The notes beneath the pieces were generated by a model, which did not search any database, was not told where the DNA came from, and saw only the letters and a program-made list of their open reading frames with translations. A stretch of 64,000 nt of DNA. Origin: Acutalibacteraceae bacterium. GTDB taxonomy: Bacteria > Bacillota > Clostridia > Oscillospirales > Acutalibacteraceae. Of the stretch, positions 8,963-17,659 are shown piece by piece (position 1 is the first letter of the stretch; each line of letters begins with the position of its first letter). The translations under genes and the position numbers were made by a program. The stretch is from assembly GCA_045221175.1 (NCBI GenBank), contig JBGUWM010000172.1, positions 15,455 through 79,454 of the forward strand, given 5' to 3'.

Positions 8963-9219
8963 TGTAACCACTTCTTTCATTGCATGACGTAAGATATACC
9001 GTGTCGGGTTCACGCTGCATCATGTCAATTGAATGAGGAGAATTGTATAAAAATATTCCGATGGGGAAAGTGTTTTGTACTAATAATAGAAAAAATTATA
9101 ATTCTGTTTTGGAATATTAAATGGATTGTAATGTACTATTATGAGAGTATGTAAAAATAAAAAGGAAAATAAAAGCAGTTACTTGAAGGAAAAGTAACTT
9201 TCTGGCGGAGGATTTCTGT

Positions 9220-10848
9220 ATGAATCAAGAGACGGTATCACAAATCATTCTTGCCCTGGGCGGTCTGGGACTGTTCCTTTACGGCATGAAGCTGCTGGGA
9301 GACGGTTTGGAACTGGCTGCCGGTGCCAAGCTCAGAAAAATACTTGAAAAAATTACGTCCAACCGATGGTTGGGTGCGCTGGTAGGCGTTGTTGTGACGG
9401 CTGTTATCCAAAGCTCTACGGCTGTTTCTGTCATGGTTGTGGGCTTTGTGAACGCAGGGTTGATGTCGCTCAGCCAGGCAATGGGTGTGCTGATGGGCGC
9501 TACCATCGGTACCACTGTTACCAGCCTGATTCTGTCATTCAGCATTTCTCAATATGCACCACTCTTTATCTTTATCGGTGCATTTCTTGTGGTTCTGAGT
9601 AAAAAAAACAATACAAAATATGCCGGTCAGATTATCGCCGGTTTCGGTATTCTGTTCTTTGGCATGACCACCATGAGTTCTAACCTGAAGCCGCTTGCTT
9701 CTTCTCAATTCTTTGAGCAGCTTATTACTTCTATCAGTAATCCGCTGCTTGGTGTGCTGTTCGGCGTTCTGTTCGCTGCACTGATTCAAAGCTCTTCGGC
9801 GGCGGTCGGTATTCTGCAGGCTCTCGGTGCGGCAGGCGCTTTGCTGCTGCCCCAGTCGGTTTATATCATCTACGGTATCCATATCGGCGCCTGTTTTACA
9901 TCTATTCTGTCCTCTCTCGGCGCTACCAAGGACGCTAAAAGAACTTCTCTTTCGTATGTACTTTTCACTATTTTCGGCGCCAGTATCCTTACGCTGCTGA
10001 CTCTGTTTACCCCCTTTACTTCGTTTGTTCAGGGACTGACGGATAATATTGCACTTCAAATCTCTCTTGTACATATTATATCGACTATTGTGTCTACCTT
10101 GCTGCTGCTTCCCTGTGTGAACCTTATTACAAAGCTGAGCTGCCTGATTATCCGGGGCAGAGAGGAAGAGGAAAAAGAGGCTTGCCGTCTGAAATATGTA
10201 GACGAGCGGCTGCTTAAAACGCCGCCGATTGCCGTTAATCAGGTTTCTAAGGAAATTGAACGCATGGGCAAGCTTTCTAACAGGAACTATCAGATGTCTA
10301 TGGAAGCGCTTCTGCAAAAAGACGATAAGAGTATTCCTAAGGTTTCCGAAAATGAAGAAGTGATTGACTATCTTAACCACAGCATTACTTCTTATCTGGT
10401 TCAGATTAACGGTTTGCCTCTGGAAGACCACGATCTGCTGAAAATCGGTTCGTTTTATCACGTTGTCAGTGATATGGAGCGTATCGGTGACCATGCAGAA
10501 AATATTTGCGAGATTGCTTCCCGTATCATTGAAAACAACGAATCCTTCAGCGAAAAAGCATTGCAGGAGATCAGGGATCTGAACGAACTGGTTGAAAGCG
10601 TTATTATGGATTCGCTGGATCTGTTCTTCGGAAGATCTCAGGATCCGCTGCTTCTGGAAAAAATCAGCAATACCGAACAGGAAATTGACGATAAAACTGA
10701 AAAATACAAGGATAATCATGTGGAGAGACTCAGCAAGGGCGAGTGCAGCGCTGCCATCGGTACGCTGTTTATGGAGTTGCTGACCAACCTTGAGCGTATT
10801 GCCGACCACAGCACCAACATTGCCTTTGCACTTTCACCAACAAGATAA
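9220..10848 (+). CDS. Na+/phosphate cotransporter family protein with C-terminal PhoU-like domain
   Basis: 542-aa ORF with polytopic N-terminal repeats (QSSTAVS / QSSSAAV) and a C-terminal helical PhoU-like repeat (ERIGDHAENI / ERIADHSTNI). Confidence 0.85.
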   Translation: MNQETVSQIILALGGLGLFLYGMKLLGDGLELAAGAKLRKILEKITSNRWLGALVGVVVTAVIQSSTAVSVMVVGFVNAGLMSLSQAMGVLMGATIGTTVTSLILSFSISQYAPLFIFIGAFLVVLSKKNNTKYAGQIIAGFGILFFGMTTMSSNLKPLASSQFFEQLITSISNPLLGVLFGVLFAALIQSSSAAVGILQALGAAGALLLPQSVYIIYGIHIGACFTSILSSLGATKDAKRTSLSYVLFTIFGASILTLLTLFTPFTSFVQGLTDNIALQISLVHIISTIVSTLLLLPCVNLITKLSCLIIRGREEEEKEACRLKYVDERLLKTPPIAVNQVSKEIERMGKLSNRNYQMSMEALLQKDDKSIPKVSENEEVIDYLNHSITSYLVQINGLPLEDHDLLKIGSFYHVVSDMERIGDHAENICEIASRIIENNESFSEKALQEIRDLNELVESVIMDSLDLFFGRSQDPLLLEKISNTEQEIDDKTEKYKDNHVERLSKGECSAAIGTLFMELLTNLERIADHSTNIAFALSPTR

Positions 10849-10857
10849 TTACCAGAA

Positions 10858-11793
10858 ATGGGGTTGTGCCGTATGATGAACAATCATCATCATTCCATCA
10901 CCACTCTGCCTGTAAAAGCTGCCGTCAGTTTTTTTCTGACGGTACTTTTGGTATTGGCAGCGTTTTTTTGCTATTGTCCTTCTGCCACCGCTTATGAAAC
11001 AGAAGGTGAGTTTTCTTTTATCATTGATGCCGATACGGATACGGCATATATTGTTGACTACAACGGCTCTGAAGAACAGGTGAAGATTCCCTTGGATTTA
11101 GGCGGCAAGTCTGTGGTAGGAATCGCTGATCACGCCTTTGAGCATCATTCGGAGATTGTTTCTGTGATATTCCATCAGAACATCATGTCGATCGGGGAAT
11201 ATGCTTTTTTTGATTGTGACAGACTGAAATCAGTCAATCTTCCGCCGTTTCTGTCAGCAGTGCCGGCCTATGCTTTTGCGGATTGCAACGCACTGTCTGT
11301 TGTGGGAATCGGTGAGCATACTGACATGATCCATTCGCACGCTTTTTCCGACTGCGACAATCTGCAAAAGGTCTCTTTACCTGAATTCATTGCTGTCGGC
11401 AATGGCGCTTTCAGCGGCTGTGCGTCTTTGACAGACATTTATTACTGCGGAACGGAAGAACAATGGCTCCATGAGGTTGATGTGGATCTGGTGAATGCCA
11501 ACGAAGAGCTGCAGCAGGCAAGGGTGACAGTCAACGCCTTCAGCAGTGATCCCGAAAAACCCGCTTATGTGATCGGCGGAAAAACTGACCATACCTCTAT
11601 TGAGTATTATGACGATTCTTTGCCGGCATACAGAGATACGGTATCTTACAGCAAAGTGGATACCAGTATTGTCAGAATAGAAAACAGTTCCGTATCATGG
11701 ACAGTTATTCTCAACGTGGCAGTGGGAATTGTGGCTATCGTAATCATACTGATTATTGTGATAAAAACAAGAAATATGAAAAAAACGAAATAG
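10858..11793 (+). CDS. BspA-type leucine-rich-repeat surface protein with C-terminal membrane anchor
   Basis: 311-aa ORF with an N-terminal hydrophobic segment, repeated AF..C..L..V.LP units and a C-terminal TM plus basic tail. The start could instead be 10873. Confidence 0.6.
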   Translation: MGLCRMMNNHHHSITTLPVKAAVSFFLTVLLVLAAFFCYCPSATAYETEGEFSFIIDADTDTAYIVDYNGSEEQVKIPLDLGGKSVVGIADHAFEHHSEIVSVIFHQNIMSIGEYAFFDCDRLKSVNLPPFLSAVPAYAFADCNALSVVGIGEHTDMIHSHAFSDCDNLQKVSLPEFIAVGNGAFSGCASLTDIYYCGTEEQWLHEVDVDLVNANEELQQARVTVNAFSSDPEKPAYVIGGKTDHTSIEYYDDSLPAYRDTVSYSKVDTSIVRIENSSVSWTVILNVAVGIVAIVIILIIVIKTRNMKKTK

Positions 11794-11896
11794 AAACGAG
11801 CATTTCCGAAACATCAATCTGTAACAGACGCCGAGGGCCGCAGGAAATCCAAGCGAGTTTGTTGGAGCTTAACTCCTTGTAAAAAATGACTGGCAG

Positions 11897-11960
11897 TGAA
11901 AAAGACCTGCGATGAAAAAAATCGGCAATGAAAAAGACCGGCGACGAACAAGACCTGCGG
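11897..11960. repeat. 4 x 16-nt tandem repeat (TGAAAAAGACCKGCGA-like)
   Basis: Units at 11897, 11913, 11929 and 11945. They are bracketed by GTAAAAAA (11879-11886) and TTTTTTAC (11966-11973). The array lies between the convergent LRR and SleC-like genes. Confidence 0.6.
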
Positions 11961-11969
11961 CGCAGTTTT

Positions 11970-13202
11970 TTACTGCATGGGAACAGCATTGAAGACATCA
12001 GAAATTTTATACCATGTCGGAAAATTGACAGCACCTGTCAGCGGCAGCCCAAAGACTTCCTGAAACGTACGGACGCTTTGGGCTGTTTTTTCACCGTAAA
12101 TGCCGTCAACGCTGAGCCGTTGTATCAGCGGATAATTGCGTGAGATTGCATTGAGCTGACGTTGTATGATCCGGACGTTTTCACCCCTTGAACCTACTTG
12201 CAGCACTCCCGGAAAAGAAACAGGAATTCCCTGTACCTTTTTTGCTTCCTTCAGCACAATATCGGAGCCGTAGTAATACCGCAGAATCTGAATGGCAGAA
12301 TATCCCTGACGGGCAAGATCGTTAGAGCCCCACTGACTCAGCCAACCTTCCCGCCGGACTCGTCTGCCGTCACTGTATTGTGTGAACAGAGGCTGGCTGA
12401 TGTCTGATCTTGAGATATACAGGTTAAAAATTTCATCGGTTACATCGGCAATTTCCTGAAAGATGTTTCTGCCGTAGGTAAACGCCTGATCATAAGCAGT
12501 AGAGTTGGTGATGGTAAAGTCGTAACCCTTACTGCGGTACCATTCAGTATATACACGACTGAGTGTGAAGGAGATGATGGCCAGTATGTTGGCTTTCAGC
12601 GCTTCTTTGTTCCAGCTTGGATAGATTTCGCTGCTGGCAACATTGTTGATATAGTCCTTGAAGCGTACCGTGTAATCTGCGGCGCTGCTGTCGCCGGGTA
12701 CGCCGTCGTGAACGACAATATATTCCGGAATAACTGGTTCCGGCAGTACCGCCAGATTTCCTGCAAAGGGCAGTTTTTTGATTTCGGATTCCGGAATCTT
12801 CGGCGGGAAGCTGCCCCACAGCGTAGGATACGGTATGGTGACAGATTCTTCTGCCGTTGTCAGAAAGATGTTCTGTACAGCCGTTGTGCCGCTGTAAATC
12901 TGTACGTTATTCACGGCAATATCTTCAAAGCCCTCCGCTTCGGTGCGAATATCATACTGTGAAAACGGCCGTGGCATTTCGTTATCCTGAGAATAAGCTT
13001 CCGGCGGTGATGACAGTCGTATCGGCGGCAGTTGACCTTCACTGTCGCTGGTCAGTCGGGTAATGACTTCGCCGCTGTCTGTTTCTGACACCGTTACACT
13101 GATGTCTTTGGCAGGAGAACCGATGTTTCGAAAATACGTGTTGATCTGCAGCAATCCGAAGTTGCCGGATTGTTCCATGTCGGAAGAATTACCGTTTGCC
13201 AT
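11970..13202 (-). CDS. SleC-like spore cortex-lytic enzyme (SpoIID/LytB-like region plus C-terminal PG_binding_1 domain)
   Basis: 410-aa ORF with a SpoIID-like stretch (VASSEIYPSWNKEALKANILA) and a C-terminal peptidoglycan-binding repeat (G.RGENVRIIQRQLN...DGIYGEKTAQSVRTFQ). It lies immediately downstream of two Csp-type proteases. GGAGG RBS present. Confidence 0.6.
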   Translation of the reverse strand: MANGNSSDMEQSGNFGLLQINTYFRNIGSPAKDISVTVSETDSGEVITRLTSDSEGQLPPIRLSSPPEAYSQDNEMPRPFSQYDIRTEAEGFEDIAVNNVQIYSGTTAVQNIFLTTAEESVTIPYPTLWGSFPPKIPESEIKKLPFAGNLAVLPEPVIPEYIVVHDGVPGDSSAADYTVRFKDYINNVASSEIYPSWNKEALKANILAIISFTLSRVYTEWYRSKGYDFTITNSTAYDQAFTYGRNIFQEIADVTDEIFNLYISRSDISQPLFTQYSDGRRVRREGWLSQWGSNDLARQGYSAIQILRYYYGSDIVLKEAKKVQGIPVSFPGVLQVGSRGENVRIIQRQLNAISRNYPLIQRLSVDGIYGEKTAQSVRTFQEVFGLPLTGAVNFPTWYKISDVFNAVPMQ

Positions 13203-13467
13203 AAAAAATCCTCCATATACTACAGCGGTTGAGCTGCTGTTTTTTTAAGCATGAAAGGTTTCATATTATCAATCAAGCAATTGCCTTGTGCGAAACATTT
13301 TGGAATCGAGTATCCAATTTGTAAAATTGAAAAAGACTGCGACCAATGATTTCAAAAACCATAGAATCCAAAAAAGCAGTGGGGTCATTTGATCGCATGA
13401 TGCGATTACCAAATCTCTCGCTGAAATAGAGGCAGGGCGCCGGTGTGTGCTGCACTTTGTCAAAGAC

Positions 13468-13545
13468 GGGTGCAGGAAACTGGTTCCCTGCCGAGGGGTC
13501 CCGGTGGCGAGGAGCCCCCGGGTAGGGCTCGGGGCAAAGCCCTGA
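13468..13545 (+). repeat. GC-rich three-hairpin intergenic repeat, copy A
   Basis: It shares about 78 nt with copies at 16970-17046, 17052-17128 (opposite orientation) and 28485-28562. It ends 14 nt from the stop codon of the minus-strand Csp gene. Confidence 0.85.
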
Positions 13546-13559
13546 TCGCAAAAGCGGTG

Positions 13560-15284
13560 TTAAACAGGACCGTTTCTCAGAGGAGTGGTTTCTCTGAGGG
13601 TGAGGAAGGTGTTGTACAGATTCATTTTGCCGTAGCCCCATTTGTTGTTGGGGTAGGGAATACCGGGGTCACGGGTGCAGCCGCTGATGAGAAGATTCCG
13701 GATCAGATCACCGTTGATGGTGGGCATATTGTTTTGCACGATTCCCCATTCCATCAAAAGTGCCGCTGCGCCGGCTGTGATGGCGGCGGCAGCACTGGTG
13801 CCTGTCATGGTGCCGAATCCTGTGGGATAAATACCTCTGACACCTACCCCTACGGCAGTGAAATCCGGTGCTGTCCGAGGCATTCTGGTGGGACCCCATG
13901 AAGATGAAACAGAAAGACTGCCGTCATCACCGTTATAGGCGCCGCAGGTGATTGACCGCATGGCAGCAGCAGGGTAAACGATGGTGTATTCGGGCACAGG
14001 CTTGAGAAACTCTACTTCTTCACACACCTGTCCGGTGATGGGCAGCCATGCAAAATAGGAGCCGTCAATTACTGAATCACCGTAAATGACAATGTCCCAG
14101 ATGCCTTCGGTGGCTTTGTCCAGACCGATAATGATATTGTTGTTAATGTCCTTGAAATATCGGATATATACTTGTGTTTCTTCTAAAATCAGTTTTTCAC
14201 TGTATTCCAGACCTGACTTGAATGGTAATCTCGGTATCACCTCTCCCGTAGGGCTTACGACGCCGACGGATACTTTGTCAAAAGCCGGTCCAAAAATGAT
14301 GACGGAAAAGGAAGCCCCCTGTTTTCCTACCTTGATGCTGATGTTCTCTGTAACATTCGAACCGCCCAGTCTGCCTTGGGTATGGTGGGCAGCGTTGGAT
14401 TCGTTGCCTGCCGCGGTGACAAAAGCGATACCTGCCCGCTGTGATACAAACGATATATAATCCTCAAACAGCGTGCTGCCGTCGTGAGCGCTGGTGTTAG
14501 AACCCATGCCGATACAGATTACAGCCGGTTTGTTGTATGCAATGGCCTTGTCTAAGATATACTTAATGCCCAGCAGATAATCGGAAGATTCGTACAGATT
14601 CGGATTATCCGGTGACAGCAGATAGCGGCGGATATAAAAATTCCTTGCCCTGCGCAGCTTGACGGCAATGATTTCTGCTCTCGGAGCGGCGCCGATATAA
14701 TTGCCGGTATCAGCTGCGGCAGCTACTGATGCCAGAAATGTGCCGTGACCGTCTTCGTCAGTCTGCGGTACGACCGACAGGGGAGATGTGTTTTCTAAGG
14801 CACGGTTGATTTCTTCATTATTATAGTCGGAGCCAAAGTACAGTCCGCTGCTTCGGTTGCCGTCAATGGTCTGATCCCAGATATTCAGTATTTTGCTGCT
14901 GCCGTCTTCAAACCGGAAGATGTCTTTTGTATAGTCGATACCGGTGTCAACCAGACCGATAATTACACCCTGTCCCGACAGATTGAGAAACGGCTGGTTG
15001 AGAACCTGTGTGATACCGCTTCTGTCGTTGCCCACACTGTCCAGCGGCGACATGATTTTCGGATAAAACGACAAAAAGTCACTTCCTAAGTCCATCAGCA
15101 GACCCTGAACGTATTTTTCGTTCGTATAGACAATGATATAATTATTGGCAAGTTCTGTGCCAAAGTGCAGGTATGGTTTGTCTTTGGCATATTCCTGAAA
15201 CCGTGGTGTATTGATGACCTGAAAATCCACCGTTGTCGGCAGTTTGACATATTCCTCCAGTGGCAGCAAATCTTCTTCTTCCAT
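13560..15284 (-). CDS. subtilisin-like (S8) serine protease, germination-specific Csp family
   Basis: Length is about 574 aa. Asp (LVDTGID), His (HGTFLAS) and Ser (GTSAAAAITAG) catalytic motifs are all present. The locus context is Csp-Csp-SleC. I prefer the ATG at 15284 (AAGGGGG RBS). Confidence 0.7.
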   Translation of the reverse strand: MEEEDLLPLEEYVKLPTTVDFQVINTPRFQEYAKDKPYLHFGTELANNYIIVYTNEKYVQGLLMDLGSDFLSFYPKIMSPLDSVGNDRSGITQVLNQPFLNLSGQGVIIGLVDTGIDYTKDIFRFEDGSSKILNIWDQTIDGNRSSGLYFGSDYNNEEINRALENTSPLSVVPQTDEDGHGTFLASVAAAADTGNYIGAAPRAEIIAVKLRRARNFYIRRYLLSPDNPNLYESSDYLLGIKYILDKAIAYNKPAVICIGMGSNTSAHDGSTLFEDYISFVSQRAGIAFVTAAGNESNAAHHTQGRLGGSNVTENISIKVGKQGASFSVIIFGPAFDKVSVGVVSPTGEVIPRLPFKSGLEYSEKLILEETQVYIRYFKDINNNIIIGLDKATEGIWDIVIYGDSVIDGSYFAWLPITGQVCEEVEFLKPVPEYTIVYPAAAMRSITCGAYNGDDGSLSVSSSWGPTRMPRTAPDFTAVGVGVRGIYPTGFGTMTGTSAAAAITAGAAALLMEWGIVQNNMPTINGDLIRNLLISGCTRDPGIPYPNNKWGYGKMNLYNTFLTLRETTPLRNGPV

Positions 15285-15296
15285 CACAATGCCCCC

Positions 15297-16943
15297 TTAT
15301 GAAAAGTTTTGTCCTTCGGTATAGCGGATTAACGCTTCCAGACTTTGCCGCAGGCACAGCCTGCCGTATCCGAAGGTAGGGTTCGGATATTGCATACCGG
15401 TGTTTCTGGCGGCGCCGAGACGCAAAAAAGCCCGAAGCCGTTCGCCGTAAAAGAAAGGAGCGTTTTTATTGACAATTGCCCACTCCATCAACAGCAGTGC
15501 TGCTCCTGTTACAAAGGGAGCTGCAAAGCTTGTGCCGGTAAAGGTGTCATAACCGCCGCCGGCCTGCGGCGCCGTGATATTGACTGCCGGTGCTGCAACA
15601 TCCGGCAGAATGCCGGTTCCGTTGAGGCTGCCTGTTCCCGAAAACGGTGCGATACTGCCCAGACGATCGTTATAGCCTGCCACCCGTATAACCTTTTCGG
15701 CTGTAGAGGGCAGTGTCAGGGTGTTTTGAAAAGTCGGTTCGGAGAAATAGGTCTTGGCAGTAACTTCTTCTACGGTTGGCAGCCACAGGTTAAAGCTTCC
15801 GTCGACGATAGTTCCGGGAATCAGCCGGAGTGTCCATGCGCCTGAATTGATAGTGCCGGTTTCCGCCCGGACGTCTATGAATATTTCCTGATCGGCAGAA
15901 TATCTGGTTGGCTGACCGTAGAGTATGGTAATGCGAAGATTCCCCAGCAACACCTGTTTGCGCTGGTTTTCAATATTAACAACGCCTGTTGACACACCGT
16001 TAGGCAGAATCAGTTCTACTGCGTAATTGTCCGCAAAGTTTTTCCACAGGGTCAGATAAAACCGCTCAATACCGGAAGCGGTGAAGAAGGACACTTCTTT
16101 GACCTGACTGGCGCTGATATTGCCGGTATAATGATGTCCTGCTGATCCCTCATTGCCGGTAGGCGTTACAATAACGAGCTTCCATTCTTCTGCCATATCC
16201 GTCAGAAATTCTTCGAACAGAGATCTGCCGTTATGTGCGCCGTTATTCATGCCAAAGCTCAGATTAACAGCGGCAGGTTTGCTATATAAACGAGCTTTGT
16301 CAATGACATATCTGACGGCACGCATAATATCCGTACTAAGGGCAAAGCCGTCGCCGCTTCTGTTACCCACTTTTACCACAATCAGATCGGCCAGTGGCGC
16401 AACGCCTGTGTTTTGTCCTCCAGAGGCGTTGCCGTTGCCTGCCGCAATGCCTGCTACAGCTGTTCCGTGACCGATATAATCTCTTGTAGGAATAAAAGAG
16501 AGCGGATTGTTGCTTAGAAGAGCATTGTTGATTTCCTCACGGGTGTATTCACTTCCCTCATAGAACCCATCAGGTGGCGTTCCTTCAATGGTCTGATCCC
16601 ACAGAGAGAGGATACGGGTTGTACCGTCCTCGTTGCGGAAATCAAAATGGGTATAATCAATTCCGGAGTCGATAACAGCGGCAATCGTACCACGTCCCCG
16701 AAGATCATATCCACCCTGCTGTTGTACACTGCTGATACAGCTCGAAGAGAGCTGATAACTGATATTGATAAACAATTGTTTCGATACTTCAATATCTTCT
16801 ACTTCTGTAAAAGCATACAATTCTCTTAATCGTTTTTCGTCGATAGTGACGATAGCATAGTGACAGGACAGTATTTCCGCTGTTCCGCCCAGCACTTCCG
16901 CTGTCCTGAAAATATCTCCGTTATATTTGACAATCACTTCCAT
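15297..16943 (-). CDS. subtilisin-like (S8) serine protease, germination-specific Csp family
   Basis: Asp (VIDSGID), His (HGTAVAG) and Ser (GTSFAAPFVTG) motifs are intact. An N-terminal prodomain-like segment begins MEVIVKYNGDI. The ATG at 16943 has a GGAGG RBS at 16952-16956, whereas the track start at 16967 has none. Confidence 0.7.
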   Translation of the reverse strand: MEVIVKYNGDIFRTAEVLGGTAEILSCHYAIVTIDEKRLRELYAFTEVEDIEVSKQLFINISYQLSSSCISSVQQQGGYDLRGRGTIAAVIDSGIDYTHFDFRNEDGTTRILSLWDQTIEGTPPDGFYEGSEYTREEINNALLSNNPLSFIPTRDYIGHGTAVAGIAAGNGNASGGQNTGVAPLADLIVVKVGNRSGDGFALSTDIMRAVRYVIDKARLYSKPAAVNLSFGMNNGAHNGRSLFEEFLTDMAEEWKLVIVTPTGNEGSAGHHYTGNISASQVKEVSFFTASGIERFYLTLWKNFADNYAVELILPNGVSTGVVNIENQRKQVLLGNLRITILYGQPTRYSADQEIFIDVRAETGTINSGAWTLRLIPGTIVDGSFNLWLPTVEEVTAKTYFSEPTFQNTLTLPSTAEKVIRVAGYNDRLGSIAPFSGTGSLNGTGILPDVAAPAVNITAPQAGGGYDTFTGTSFAAPFVTGAALLLMEWAIVNKNAPFFYGERLRAFLRLGAARNTGMQYPNPTFGYGRLCLRQSLEALIRYTEGQNFS

Positions 16944-16969
16944 TATAATCGCCTCCTCATTTCTCATAG

Positions 16970-17128
16970 TCAGGGTTTCGCCCCGAACCCTACCCGGGGG
17001 CTCCTCGCCCCCGTCCCCTTCGGCAGGGAACCGATTCCCTGCACCCTTCGGTCAGGGCTTCGCCCCGAACCCTACCCAGGGCTCCTCGCCCCCGGGACCC
17101 CTCGGCAGGGAACCGGTTCCCTGCACCC
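16970..17128 (-). repeat. two tandem copies (B, C; 82-nt period) of the GC-rich three-hairpin repeat
   Basis: 16970-17046 and 17052-17128 are reverse-complement matches to copy A. On the plus strand the last hairpin (GCAGGGAACCGGTTCCCTGC) is followed by ACCCGTTTTTT. Confidence 0.85.
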
Positions 17129-17396
17129 GTTTTTTGGCTCTATTATTTGTTGACTGATACTGATGATTGATGCAGATTAGTTATATTGTATGCTGCTCCA
17201 AAAGCTTTCACTCTGATCAGGGGGGAATTTCAGGACGCTGTTGATGTGAGGTATCACATCAGAACGATATGAGGTCATGATAAATGAAAAGAATTTATTG
17301 GAATAGATGATAGTAAAAAAACGATGTTGTGTATTATTCATGCCGACAGTAAAAAATAGGTTTCAACTATGATTATGCAGGGAATGATTGAAATAT

Positions 17397-17545
17397 GCAA
17401 AACGCCTGTCCGTGTTTGTGGGACAGGCGTTAGTGTTGTTGAATGGTTGAGGGGGAATGTTACTGTGCTGTTTCTTCCGATGAAGCAGTTACGGCAAATC
17501 CCGGATCGGCGAGCTGCTGTGGGACAACACGGCAGGTGCGTTGAT
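17397..17545 (-). pseudogene. duplicated fragment: aspS terminator plus the last ~29 codons of aspS (non-functional copy)
   Basis: 17397-17545 aligns with 17597-17745 at an exact 200-nt offset, with a few substitutions and a 1-nt indel. Confidence 0.7.
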
Positions 17546-17589
17546 GGTGAATGGTTGAAGTGATGATGTGTTTGATGAAATAACTGTCT

Positions 17590-17631
17590 GATAAAAGCAA
17601 AACGCCTGTCCGTGTTTGTCGGACAGGCGTT
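17590..17631 (-). terminator. rho-independent terminator of aspS
   Basis: AACGCCTGTCC (17601-17611) pairs with GGACAGGCGTT (17621-17631). It is followed on the minus strand by TTTGCTTTTAT. Confidence 0.7.
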
Positions 17632-17659
17632 AGTGTTGATGAATGGCTGAGGGGGAATG

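Noticed and set aside
9535-10809. Long antisense ORFs: 424 aa here, and likewise 7760-8407, 17855-18853, 38398-39201, 52239-53264, 60469-61662 and 46032-46712.
   Set aside because: Each lies entirely inside, and opposite to, a gene with clear family features. Their translations are low-complexity or Cys/Arg/His-rich with no motifs. They are shadow ORFs typical of mid/high-GC coding DNA.
13273-13901. ORFs 13273-13641 (-) and 13443-13901 (+); also 16860-17157 (+), 16927-17157 (+), 28430-28663 (-) and 28487-28774 (+).
   Set aside because: They are generated by the GC-rich structured repeat (PRQGTGSLHP / GLRPEPYPG-type peptides) and overlap real genes.
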